Positions 18,423 to 27,051 of a DNA stretch of 64,000 bases are shown one piece after another. The first letter of the stretch is position 1. Each line of letters opens with the position of its first letter. The DNA is from Rubrivivax sp. GTDB lineage: Bacteria; Pseudomonadota; Gammaproteobacteria; Burkholderiales; Burkholderiaceae_C. The stretch is taken from the NCBI GenBank assembly GCA_026785885.1, contig JAJAZC010000006.1, positions 463-64,462 on the forward strand, in the 5' to 3' direction. Under the pieces are notes generated by a model, which ran no database searches, was not told the origin of the DNA, and saw only the letters and a program-made list of their open reading frames with translations. Position numbers and translations under genes: made by a program.

Positions 18423-19431
18423 GTTGCGGCGACGCGAGCGGCTTGTCCGGCGGCGCTATCTTCTTCAACACGCGCTCGATCAGCGCATCGGCCGTGATGC
18501 CTTCGGCCAGCGCTTCATAGCTCAGCACGACGCGGTGGCGCAACACGTCGGGCACCAAATCGATGATGTCCTCGGGTAGCACATAGAGGCGGCCGCGCAT
18601 GAGCGCCAGCGCCTTGCCGCCTTCGACCATGCCGATGGTGGCGCGCGGGCTGGCGCCGTAGGTGATGAACCGGGCCACGTCGGCCATGTCGTACTTGGCC
18701 GGCCGGCGCGTGGCGCCGACCAGCTTGACGGCGTACTGAATCAGCGCCGGGTCGCAAAACACGGCGCGGCATTCGCGTTGCAGTGCCGCGAGCTGGAAGG
18801 TGTCGGCCACCGCGTTGACGTCGACCGGCGTGCCGGTCACGCGCTGGGCAATCACGAACTCTTCTTCTTCGGTCGGGTAGTCGACCAGCACCTTCATCAT
18901 GAAGCGGTCGACCTGCGCCTCCGGCAGCGGGTAAGTACCTTCGGTTTCGATCGGGTTTTGCGTTGCCATCACCACAAACGGGTCAGGCACCTTGTGCGTT
19001 TCGCCGGCGATGGTCACCTGATGCTCCTGCATCACCTCCAGCAGCGCGCTCTGCACTTTGGCCGGCGCGCGGTTGATCTCATCGGCCAGCAGCAGGTTGG
19101 CGAAAACCGGGCCCAGGCTGGTGCCGAACTCACCGGTCTTCTGGTTGTAGATGCGCGTGCCGATCAAGTCGGCCGGCACCAGATCGGGTGTGAATTGAAT
19201 GCGTTTGAAACTGCCGCGCACGGTGCGCGCCAGTGTCTTTATTGTCAGCGTCTTGGCCAGGCCCGGCACACCTTCGACCAGCAGGTGGCCCTGCGCCAGC
19301 ATGCCGACAAGCACACGCTCTAAAAAGCGATCCTGGCCAACGACGACGCGCTTGACCTCGTAGAGGATGCGCTCCATCAATTGCGCGGTGGGTTCGTTGG
19401 GTGCGTCCATGTTGTCTTTCGCAGCGCGCAT
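18415..19431 (-). CDS. MoxR-family AAA+ ATPase
   Basis: GVPGLAKT, RIQFTPDLVPADLIG, ADEINRAPAKVQSALLE, ATQNPIE, PLPEAQVDRF. Confidence 0.95.
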   Translation of the reverse strand: MRAAKDNMDAPNEPTAQLMERILYEVKRVVVGQDRFLERVLVGMLAQGHLLVEGVPGLAKTLTIKTLARTVRGSFKRIQFTPDLVPADLIGTRIYNQKTGEFGTSLGPVFANLLLADEINRAPAKVQSALLEVMQEHQVTIAGETHKVPDPFVVMATQNPIETEGTYPLPEAQVDRFMMKVLVDYPTEEEEFVIAQRVTGTPVDVNAVADTFQLAALQRECRAVFCDPALIQYAVKLVGATRRPAKYDMADVARFITYGASPRATIGMVEGGKALALMRGRLYVLPEDIIDLVPDVLRHRVVLSYEALAEGITADALIERVLKKIAPPDKPLASPQHA

Positions 19432-20399
19432 CAGAAAGGCGGCATGCCGGCAGCAGCGGCGGCGTTTTCTATCGGCACGGCAAAGCCGATGCCGATGAAG
19501 GTGCGCTGCTCGCTCGGGTTAAGGATGGCGGTGACGACGCCGACGACCTGGCCGTCCATGGTCACCAGCGGCCCGCCGCTGTTGCCGGGATTGGCCGCGG
19601 CGTCGAACTGGATCAGGTTGGTCAGCGTCTTTTCGCCTTCGGGGCTGCGGAACTCGCGCTTCAGGCCCGACACCACGCCGTGGCTGACGCTCGGGCCGAT
19701 GCCGAACGGGTAGCCGACGGCGATGACGTGGTCGCCGGGCTTCAAGTCGCCAGTGGAGCGCATGGTGGCGGCTTCCAGGTCATCGGGCAGGCTCATGGCC
19801 TTCAGCACCGCCAGGTCGTTCTCGGGCTGGGCGCCCATCATCACCGCGTCGCTTTCATGGCCGTTGGCAAAGCGCACGCGGATCTTCTTGGCGCCCCAGA
19901 CAACGTGCAGATTGGTCAGGATGGTGCCGTTGTCGATGATCACGACACCCGTGCCCAGGCTGCGGCCCATTGCCCGTTGCTCGGCGTTGTTCTCACCGTC
20001 GTCCTTGTCGTCCATCAGGCCGGTGACGCGCACCACCGATGGCAGGATCGCCTCAAAAGCCTTGGTGGCTTGTGATGGCAGGGGTTCTTTCTCAAGCGAC
20101 TGGCGCACTGCCGCATCAATGTCGTTCTGCGTCACCGCGCGCTGGCCGGGCGACAAGCGCAGGCCGCCGAGCGTTAGCGCCACCGCCACCAACGCACCAC
20201 CGAGCGCCCAGCCGGCGCGGCTCCAGCGGCTGTTGGTAATGCGGCTGATGGCAGTGGCGTGTGGCGGAGCCGGGTTGGCACCTGTGGCGGCCGGCGTCTC
20301 GGAGCCAAGAGCCGACGCATCGCCCGGTGGGACTTCAAGCGCGCCTGTTGCAGCAGGACTGCGGCGAGGAGAGCGGCTGTATAGCGGGGCCTTTTTCAT
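19431..20399 (-). CDS. Membrane-anchored S1C (HtrA-type) serine protease without PDZ domain
   Basis: TM segment; TNLHVV (His), DLAVLK (Asp), NPGNSGGPL (Ser); ends right after GFAVP. Confidence 0.92.
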   Translation of the reverse strand: MKKAPLYSRSPRRSPAATGALEVPPGDASALGSETPAATGANPAPPHATAISRITNSRWSRAGWALGGALVAVALTLGGLRLSPGQRAVTQNDIDAAVRQSLEKEPLPSQATKAFEAILPSVVRVTGLMDDKDDGENNAEQRAMGRSLGTGVVIIDNGTILTNLHVVWGAKKIRVRFANGHESDAVMMGAQPENDLAVLKAMSLPDDLEAATMRSTGDLKPGDHVIAVGYPFGIGPSVSHGVVSGLKREFRSPEGEKTLTNLIQFDAAANPGNSGGPLVTMDGQVVGVVTAILNPSEQRTFIGIGFAVPIENAAAAAGMPPF

Positions 20400-20572
20400 C
20401 TGCTCACCCAGAGTCTCAAAAGACGGTATCACGTTGGGACGGCAGATGCAGTCGAAGGCCCGGCCTGGTGATGCCGGCTATGGGCCGCCAGGCCTCCAGG
20501 CCGCCAGGCCGCCACGTAGTACGCGCTGCCTATCGCGAATGCAAACGCCGTGTCGTACGCCATCATCGTGGC

Positions 20573-21427
20573 ATGTGGATCGACACGCACTGCCACCTCG
20601 ACGCGCCCGAGTTCACTGCCGACCACGCGGCTGCGGTGATGCGCGCACGCACCGCTGGTGTGCAGCAGATGGTGTTGCCGGCAGTGGACGCGGCGCACTT
20701 CGACAGCGTGCGCCGCCTGGCCCACCAGCACGGGCTGGCCTACGCCCTGGGCATCCACCCGCTGTGCGTGGCCGATGCGCAGGACGGTGACCTGGACCGC
20801 CTGCAACAAGTTCTGCAGCAGCACCGCGATGACCCGCGCCTGGTGGCGGTGGGTGAAATCGGCCTGGACCACTTCGTGCCCGGGCTGGACCGCGCGCTGC
20901 AGGAGCGCTACTACCTGGCGCAGCTGAAGCTGGCGCGCGATGCCGGGCTGCCGGTGATCCTGCATGTGCGGCGCTCGGCCGACATGCTGATGAAAGGGCT
21001 GCGCCGCATCGACGCCGCCGGCGGCATCGCGCATGCTTTCAACGGTAGTGCGCAGCAGGCAGCGCTGTTCGTCGAGCGCGGCTTCCGGCTCGGCTTCGGC
21101 GGCGCGTTGACCTTTGAGCGCGCGTTGCAGATTCGGGAGCTGGCGCGAACACTGCCTGACCCAGCCGTCGTGCTCGAGACCGATGCACCCGACATCCCGC
21201 CGCATTGGCTCTACCGCAGCGCAGCCGAGCGCGTCGACGGCACCGGCCAGGCGCGCAACGAGCCGGCGCAGCTGCCGCGCATCGGCGCCGAGCTGGCCGC
21301 GCTGCGCGGTGTGGATGTGCCGACCCTGGCCGCGCTGACCACCGCCAATGCGCTTGCGGCCTTGCCGCGCTTGCAGGCCTTGCGGTGGCTCACGCCGGCC
21401 GCTGCTCAAGCGCCGAGCACGGTATGA
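20573..21427 (+). CDS. TatD-family hydrolase/DNase
   Basis: IDTHCHLD, GIHP, VGEIGLD, LPVILHVR, HAF, LETDAP. Confidence 0.95.
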   Translation: MWIDTHCHLDAPEFTADHAAAVMRARTAGVQQMVLPAVDAAHFDSVRRLAHQHGLAYALGIHPLCVADAQDGDLDRLQQVLQQHRDDPRLVAVGEIGLDHFVPGLDRALQERYYLAQLKLARDAGLPVILHVRRSADMLMKGLRRIDAAGGIAHAFNGSAQQAALFVERGFRLGFGGALTFERALQIRELARTLPDPAVVLETDAPDIPPHWLYRSAAERVDGTGQARNEPAQLPRIGAELAALRGVDVPTLAALTTANALAALPRLQALRWLTPAAAQAPSTV

Positions 21428-22032
21428 ATTCCGTGCCCCATGCCGCGCCTCATGCCGTGCCCCATGCCGTGCCTTCGGCCGCGCCTCATTCCAGGCTGAA
21501 TGCCGCGCTTGATTCGCCGTTGGCAGCCGCGCCGGACCAGCGCCTAACCGGCCTGCCACCAGTGATCGCGCCCGACACCCGTCTGGTCATATTGGGCAGC
21601 TTCCCCGGCGTCGCTTCGCTGCAGGCGCAGCAGTACTACGGCCACCCACGCAACCACTTCTGGCCGCTGGTGGGCACGCTGCTGGGGCTGGATCTCGTGG
21701 CGCTGCCGTATGCCGATCGGCTCGATGCCACTCAGGCCCGCGGCCTTGGTTTGTGGGACGTGTATGCCCAGTGCCGGCGCGAAGGCAGCCTGGACAGCGC
21801 CATTGAATACGCGGCGCTCAACGATCTGGCCAGCCTGCCGCGGCTGGCACCGCGGCTGCGCCTCATTGCGCACAACGGCGGCGAATCCGCGCGCGCCATG
21901 CGCCACACCGCCGCTTTGGGCCTGCCGGTGCTGCGGTTGCCGTCCAGCAGCCCGGCCAACGCCAGCTGGTCCTTCGCCCGCAAGCTGGACGCCTGGCGCC
22001 AGGCTTTTGAGCAGGCCGGGCTGATCGCCTGA
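21424..22032 (+). CDS. UDG-superfamily DNA-deoxyinosine (hypoxanthine) glycosylase
   Basis: LILGSFPG, YYGHPRNHFW, GLWDV, GSLDSAI, LPSSSPAN; N-terminal 12-bp repeat extension. Confidence 0.88.
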   Translation: MNSVPHAAPHAVPHAVPSAAPHSRLNAALDSPLAAAPDQRLTGLPPVIAPDTRLVILGSFPGVASLQAQQYYGHPRNHFWPLVGTLLGLDLVALPYADRLDATQARGLGLWDVYAQCRREGSLDSAIEYAALNDLASLPRLAPRLRLIAHNGGESARAMRHTAALGLPVLRLPSSSPANASWSFARKLDAWRQAFEQAGLIA

Positions 22033-22865
22033 TGGCGCGCGCTGCCAACCCAGCCGGCGCAACCCGCCAACCGTTGCTGTTGCCCGAGGTCACGCTGAGC
22101 GAAGAAGCCGGCGTGCGCTACCTGCACCTGGGCACGATCTGGATTCAGGGCGGCATGCGTATCAAGGCGCCGCAGGTGGTGGAGATTGACTACGTGCAGC
22201 GCATGCTGGCCAGCCTGTTGTGGCTGCCCACTGAAACATTGGGCCAAGGGCAGGCGGTGCAGTTGGGCCTGGGCGCCGGCGCTTTGACCCGCTTCACCGC
22301 GCGCCAGCTGCACATGGCCACCACCGCGGTCGAGATCAACCCGCAGGTGATTGCCGTCAACGCGGCCTGGTTTCATCTGCCCGACAGCGTGGAAGTCGTG
22401 CGCGGCGACGCGGCCGATTGGTTGCAGCAGGCGGTTCACTCGAGCGTGCGGCTGCTGCAGGTGGACCTGTACGACCACGAAGCCGCCGCACCGGTACTCG
22501 ACGGCGTGGACTTTTACCGCGCCTGCCGCGCGGTGCTGGAAGAAGGCGGTGTGATGAGCGTCAATTTGTTCGGCCGCCACGCCAGCTTCCGTGAAAGCAT
22601 CGATCGCATCGCTGCCGCCTTCGGCACCGACCAGGTCTGGAGCCTGCGCCCCACGCGTGAGGGCAACACCGTGGTCGTTGCCGGGCGTGGTGTGGTGGTG
22701 CCGGCACGCGAAGAACTTGCGGCCCGTGCCAATGAGATCGAACGGCGTTTTGGCGCGCTCAAGCTGCCGGCGCGCAAGTGGCTGCGCATGGTGCGGCCCT
22801 ACACGGCGAGCGCAGACGAGCGCCCATCCGGCCCATCCGGCCCTTCTGGCCCACCCGCACCATGA
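22032..22865 (+). CDS. Spermidine-synthase-like SAM-dependent methyltransferase
   Basis: RYLHLG..WIQG, QLGLGAG, VEINPQV, VDLYD, VNLFG. Confidence 0.85.
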   Translation: MARAANPAGATRQPLLLPEVTLSEEAGVRYLHLGTIWIQGGMRIKAPQVVEIDYVQRMLASLLWLPTETLGQGQAVQLGLGAGALTRFTARQLHMATTAVEINPQVIAVNAAWFHLPDSVEVVRGDAADWLQQAVHSSVRLLQVDLYDHEAAAPVLDGVDFYRACRAVLEEGGVMSVNLFGRHASFRESIDRIAAAFGTDQVWSLRPTREGNTVVVAGRGVVVPAREELAARANEIERRFGALKLPARKWLRMVRPYTASADERPSGPSGPSGPPAP

Positions 22866-24826
22866 CCGCTGCCACCGCACCCAAGACCCGCGCCGCTCCG
22901 GCACTAACCCCGGCTACTGCGTCGGCGTCTGCGGCCCCGTCGAGGTCTGCGTCTGGCGCTGGAGCTCCGTCTGGGTCCGCATCGACTCCTGCTCCTGTGT
23001 CGGCTTCTGCCTCCACTGCTGCTCCTGCCTCCGCCGCCGATCCGGCCCGGTACCGCGGCAAGCTGGACTGGCCGTTGCTGTTGGGCTGGCTTCGCGAAGA
23101 CGGCTGGATTGGCAGCGACGACGCAGCCCGCGTCACCGCGCGCTTCCGTGCCGGTGTGTCCAGCCAGCATGCGCTGGTTCGCCTGGGCAGTGCCGGCCTG
23201 CTGCGCCGCGGCAGCCAGCAGCCGCTGGACACCGAGCTGCTGACCGAGTGGCTGGCTGGCCGCTGCCGGCTGCCCTACCTGCGCATCGACCCGCTGCGCG
23301 TCGACGTCGGCCGTGTGGCCGACGTGATGAGCGTGCAGTACGCGCAGAGCCGCCACGCGCTGCCGGTGCAGGTGGGCAACAGCGAAGTCGTGATCGCCAC
23401 CGCAGAACCCTGCGACGTCGCGTGGGTGCCCGAGATCGAAGCGCACACGCGCCGCAACGTGCGGCTGGTGGTGGCCAACCCGGACGAAGTGCGCCGCTAC
23501 ACGACCGAGTTCTATGCGTTGGCTAGGAGCGTGCGCGCGGCGGCCAAGAGTGGCGAGAATTCGGCTGGCGCCAGCTTCGAGCAATTGGTGGAGCTGGGCC
23601 GCAGCAGCAAAGCGCTGGACGCCAACGACCAGGGTGTCGTGCAGGTCGTCGATTGGCTGTGGCAGTACGCCTTCGACCAGCGCGCCTCCGACATCCACCT
23701 GGAGCCGCGGCGCGACATGGGTGCCATCCGCTTCCGCATCGACGGCGTCCTGCACACCGTGTACCAGGTGCCGCTGACGGTGATGGGCGCGATGACCGCG
23801 CGCATCAAGCTGCTGGGCCGCATGGACGTGGTTGAAAAGCGCCGGCCGCTGGACGGCCGCATCAAGACACGCCGGCCGAGCGTGACGGAAAACGGCATCG
23901 AAAAAGCCGGTGGCGAGGTCGAGATGCGGCTGAGCACGCTGCCTACCGCCTTCGGCGAGAAGATGGTGATGCGCGTCTTCGACCCCGACACCGTGGTCAA
24001 GGGCCTGCCGGCTCTGGGCTTCGGCGCGCATGAAAGCGCAGGCTGGCAGCAGTTGATCGCACGGCCGCACGGCATCATTTTGGTCACCGGCCCCACCGGC
24101 AGCGGCAAGACGACCACGCTGTACAGCACGCTCCGGTCGCTGGCCACGGAAGAGGTCAACGTCTGCACGATCGAAGACCCGATCGAGATGATCGAGCCGT
24201 CCTTCAACCAGACGCAGGTGCAGCCAGCGCTGGACATGGGTTTTGCCGAGGGTCTGCGTGCGCTGATGCGGCAAGACCCGGACATCATCATGGTCGGCGA
24301 GATTCGTGATCTGGCCACGGCCGAGATGGCGATCCAGGCCGCGCTCACCGGACATTTGGTGTTCAGCACGCTACACACCAACGACGCGGTCGGCGCCATC
24401 ACGCGGCTGGCCGACTTGGGTGTGCCGAGCTACCTGATTGCTGCAACCGTGATCGGCGTGCTGGCGCAGCGGCTGGCGCGCACGCTGTGCCCGGCCTGCA
24501 GACAGCGCGACGAAAACACCACGCGCGAGACCATCGACGCGCTGGTGCAGCCCTGGCGCTTGTCCGGTGGTGTACGCGCCTACAAGCCGGTGGGCTGCCT
24601 GGAGTGCCGCCACACCGGCTACCGCGGCCGCGCCGGTCTGTATGAGCTGCTGGTGTTGAACGACGCCGCGCGCAGCGCCGTGCACCCGGGGCTGGACGCC
24701 ACGGCGCTGCGTCGCCAGGCCTTGAAGGACGGCATGCGCCCGCTGCGCCTGGCTGGTGCGATGAAGGTCGCCGAAGGGCTGACGACCATCGATGAGGTCG
24801 TGCGCAGCACACCCGCGCTGAACTGA
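22862..24826 (+). CDS. GspE/PulE/PilB-family secretion ATPase (orphan)
   Basis: RASDIHLEP, RFRIDG, GPTGSGKTTT, EDPIE, RQDPDIIMVGEIRD, HTND, tetra-Cys CPAC...CLEC. Confidence 0.95.
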   Translation: MTAATAPKTRAAPALTPATASASAAPSRSASGAGAPSGSASTPAPVSASASTAAPASAADPARYRGKLDWPLLLGWLREDGWIGSDDAARVTARFRAGVSSQHALVRLGSAGLLRRGSQQPLDTELLTEWLAGRCRLPYLRIDPLRVDVGRVADVMSVQYAQSRHALPVQVGNSEVVIATAEPCDVAWVPEIEAHTRRNVRLVVANPDEVRRYTTEFYALARSVRAAAKSGENSAGASFEQLVELGRSSKALDANDQGVVQVVDWLWQYAFDQRASDIHLEPRRDMGAIRFRIDGVLHTVYQVPLTVMGAMTARIKLLGRMDVVEKRRPLDGRIKTRRPSVTENGIEKAGGEVEMRLSTLPTAFGEKMVMRVFDPDTVVKGLPALGFGAHESAGWQQLIARPHGIILVTGPTGSGKTTTLYSTLRSLATEEVNVCTIEDPIEMIEPSFNQTQVQPALDMGFAEGLRALMRQDPDIIMVGEIRDLATAEMAIQAALTGHLVFSTLHTNDAVGAITRLADLGVPSYLIAATVIGVLAQRLARTLCPACRQRDENTTRETIDALVQPWRLSGGVRAYKPVGCLECRHTGYRGRAGLYELLVLNDAARSAVHPGLDATALRRQALKDGMRPLRLAGAMKVAEGLTTIDEVVRSTPALN

Positions 24827-24960
24827 GCCAGGACGCACTGCGGCCGCACTGCGACTGCATCACAGCGGCGGCAGCTGCCTTACGTGGAAACCAGGGCGGC
24901 TGCCCAAGACCCCATCCCTAGAATCCCCCCGCGGCGCAAGAGCGCTGGAGGGGGGTGTGT

Positions 24961-25425
24961 GTGAAGGTCAAGAGCGAGAAGGACTTCTGGTCCGGGTTGA
25001 TGTTCATCGCTGTCGGCGTGGCGTTTGCGTACGGGGCCATGACCTACAGCTTCGGCAGCTCGGCGCGGCCGGGGCCGGCGTACTTTCCGTTTGGACTGGG
25101 CGTGCTGCTGGCGTTGCTGGGCGGCATGGTGCTGTTCAAGGCGTTGACCTTCGAGGTCGAGGGCGGCGACAAGATTGGCGCCTGGCCGCTCATGCAGATG
25201 GTGCTGATCCTGTCGGCCGTCGCGCTCTTCGGCCTGTTGTTGCCCAAGCTTGGCATGGCCTTGTGCCTGCCGCTGTTGATCGGTATCTCCAGCCTGGCCA
25301 GCGGCGAATTTCACTGGAAGGAAGCGGTGGCCAACAGCGTCATCCTCACGGTGGTTTCCTGGGCCATTTTCATCAAGGGCCTGGGTCTGACGATTCCGAT
25401 GTGGCCGACTTTCATCACCACCTGA
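24961..25425 (+). CDS. tctB: Tripartite tricarboxylate transporter small permease TctB
   Basis: KDFWSGLMF, RPGPAYFP, four TMs; GGAGG RBS and upstream TAGAAT. Confidence 0.88.
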   Translation: MKVKSEKDFWSGLMFIAVGVAFAYGAMTYSFGSSARPGPAYFPFGLGVLLALLGGMVLFKALTFEVEGGDKIGAWPLMQMVLILSAVALFGLLLPKLGMALCLPLLIGISSLASGEFHWKEAVANSVILTVVSWAIFIKGLGLTIPMWPTFITT

Positions 25426-25438
25426 GCCGGGAGCACGC

Positions 25439-26953
25439 ATGGATCTCTTGAACAACCTTGCGCTCGGCTTCGGCGTCGCCTTTACCTCCCAAAACCTGCT
25501 GTACGCGCTGGGCGGCGCTTTGCTGGGCACGCTGATCGGCGTGCTGCCGGGCCTGGGCCCGGTGGCCACCATCGCGATGCTGCTGCCCAGCATCTACGCA
25601 CTGGACGCCACGCCGGCGCTGATCATGCTGGCCGGCATCTACTACGGCGCGCAGTACGGCGGCAGCACCACCGCCATCTTGATCAACGTGCCGGGTGAAA
25701 GTGCCTCTGTCGTGACCGCCATCGACGGTTACCAGATGGCACGAAAGGGTCGGGCAGGGGCCGCACTGGCGGCAGCTGGCCTGGGCAGTTTCTTCGCCGG
25801 CAGCGTGGCCACACTGATCGTCGCCGCGTTCGCACCGCCGTTGACGGAGCTGGCCTTCAAGTTCGGCCCGGCCGAGTACTTCAGCCTGATGGTGCTGGGC
25901 TTGATCGGTGCCGTGGTGCTGGCCTCGGGCTCTTTGGTCAAGGCGATCTGCATGATCCTTTTGGGACTGCTGCTGGGGCAGATCAACACCGACGTGATCT
26001 CAGGCGTGCCGCGCTACAGCTTCGACATCCCGGAGCTGACGGACGGCATCGGCTTTGTGGCCATTGCGATGGGCGTCTTCGGCTTCGGCGAAATCATCTC
26101 CAACCTCGGCCGCCCGGAAGAGCAGCGCGAGGTCTTCACCAAAGACGTGAAGGGCCTGTGGCCGACCAAGCAGGACTTCAAGGATGCCTTCCCCGCCGTG
26201 CTGCGCGGCACAGCACTCGGCTCGGTGCTGGGCGTGCTGCCTGGCGGTGGTGCGCTGCTGGCCAGCTTTGCCGCCTACACGCTGGAGAAAAAGACGCGCG
26301 GCCGCCCCGGCGAGGTGCCCTTCGGCCAGGGCAACATCCGCGGCGTGGCGGGGCCGGAGAGTGCCAACAACGCCGGCGCGCAGACCAGCTTCATTCCGAT
26401 GCTGACCCTCGGCATCCCGCCCAATGCCGTGATGGCGCTGATGGTCGGCGCAATGACCATCAAGGGCATACAGCCCGGCCCGCAGGTGATGACGAGCAAC
26501 CCGGAACTCTTCTGGGGCCTGATCGCCAGCATGTGGGTCGGTAACGCGATGCTGATCATCCTGAATCTGCCGTTGATCGGCATCTGGATCAAGCTGCTGA
26601 CGGTGCCTTACCGGTTCTTGTACCCGGCCATTCTGAGTTTTTGCTGCATCGGCCTGTACTCGCTCAACAACAACAACTTCGATGTCTACATGGCTGCGGC
26701 CTTCGGCGTCGTGGGTGTTGTTTTCTACAAGCTCGGCTGCGAGCCGGCGCCGCTGCTGCTGGGCTTTATCCTGGGGCCGATGATGGAAGAGAACCTGCGC
26801 CGCGCTTTGTTGCTCAGCCGCGGCGACTGGACCACCTTCATGTCGCGCCCTCTGTCGGGCGTGCTGTTGCTGGCGGCACTGTTGATGGTGGTCATCGTGA
26901 TGCTGCCGTCGATCAAGAAGAAGCGCGAAGCGGCGTTTCAGGACGCCGACTGA
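25439..26953 (+). CDS. tctA: Tripartite tricarboxylate transporter large permease TctA
   Basis: GTLIGVLPGLG, GAQYGGSTTAILIN.PG, PESANNA, LTLGIP, GIQPGP. Confidence 0.95.
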   Translation: MDLLNNLALGFGVAFTSQNLLYALGGALLGTLIGVLPGLGPVATIAMLLPSIYALDATPALIMLAGIYYGAQYGGSTTAILINVPGESASVVTAIDGYQMARKGRAGAALAAAGLGSFFAGSVATLIVAAFAPPLTELAFKFGPAEYFSLMVLGLIGAVVLASGSLVKAICMILLGLLLGQINTDVISGVPRYSFDIPELTDGIGFVAIAMGVFGFGEIISNLGRPEEQREVFTKDVKGLWPTKQDFKDAFPAVLRGTALGSVLGVLPGGGALLASFAAYTLEKKTRGRPGEVPFGQGNIRGVAGPESANNAGAQTSFIPMLTLGIPPNAVMALMVGAMTIKGIQPGPQVMTSNPELFWGLIASMWVGNAMLIILNLPLIGIWIKLLTVPYRFLYPAILSFCCIGLYSLNNNNFDVYMAAAFGVVGVVFYKLGCEPAPLLLGFILGPMMEENLRRALLLSRGDWTTFMSRPLSGVLLLAALLMVVIVMLPSIKKKREAAFQDAD

Positions 26954-26980
26954 AGACAGGCCAAAGCGTCGACCGCTGAA

Positions 26981-27010
26981 AAGGGCCCGCGTGGGCCCTT
27001 CGCCTTTTTG
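26981..27010 (+). terminator. Intrinsic terminator after tctA
   Basis: aagggccc-gcgt-gggccctt followed by cgccttttt. Confidence 0.7.
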
Positions 27011-27051
27011 CTCGCTGCTCGCGGCCTGCTGCTTCGTTTAGTCTGCTGTCC

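Noticed and set aside
20573-22865. TatD/glycosylase/methyltransferase as an anti-phage defence system
   Set aside because: All three look like ordinary housekeeping family members with host-like composition; no Qat-type partners or defence-island context.
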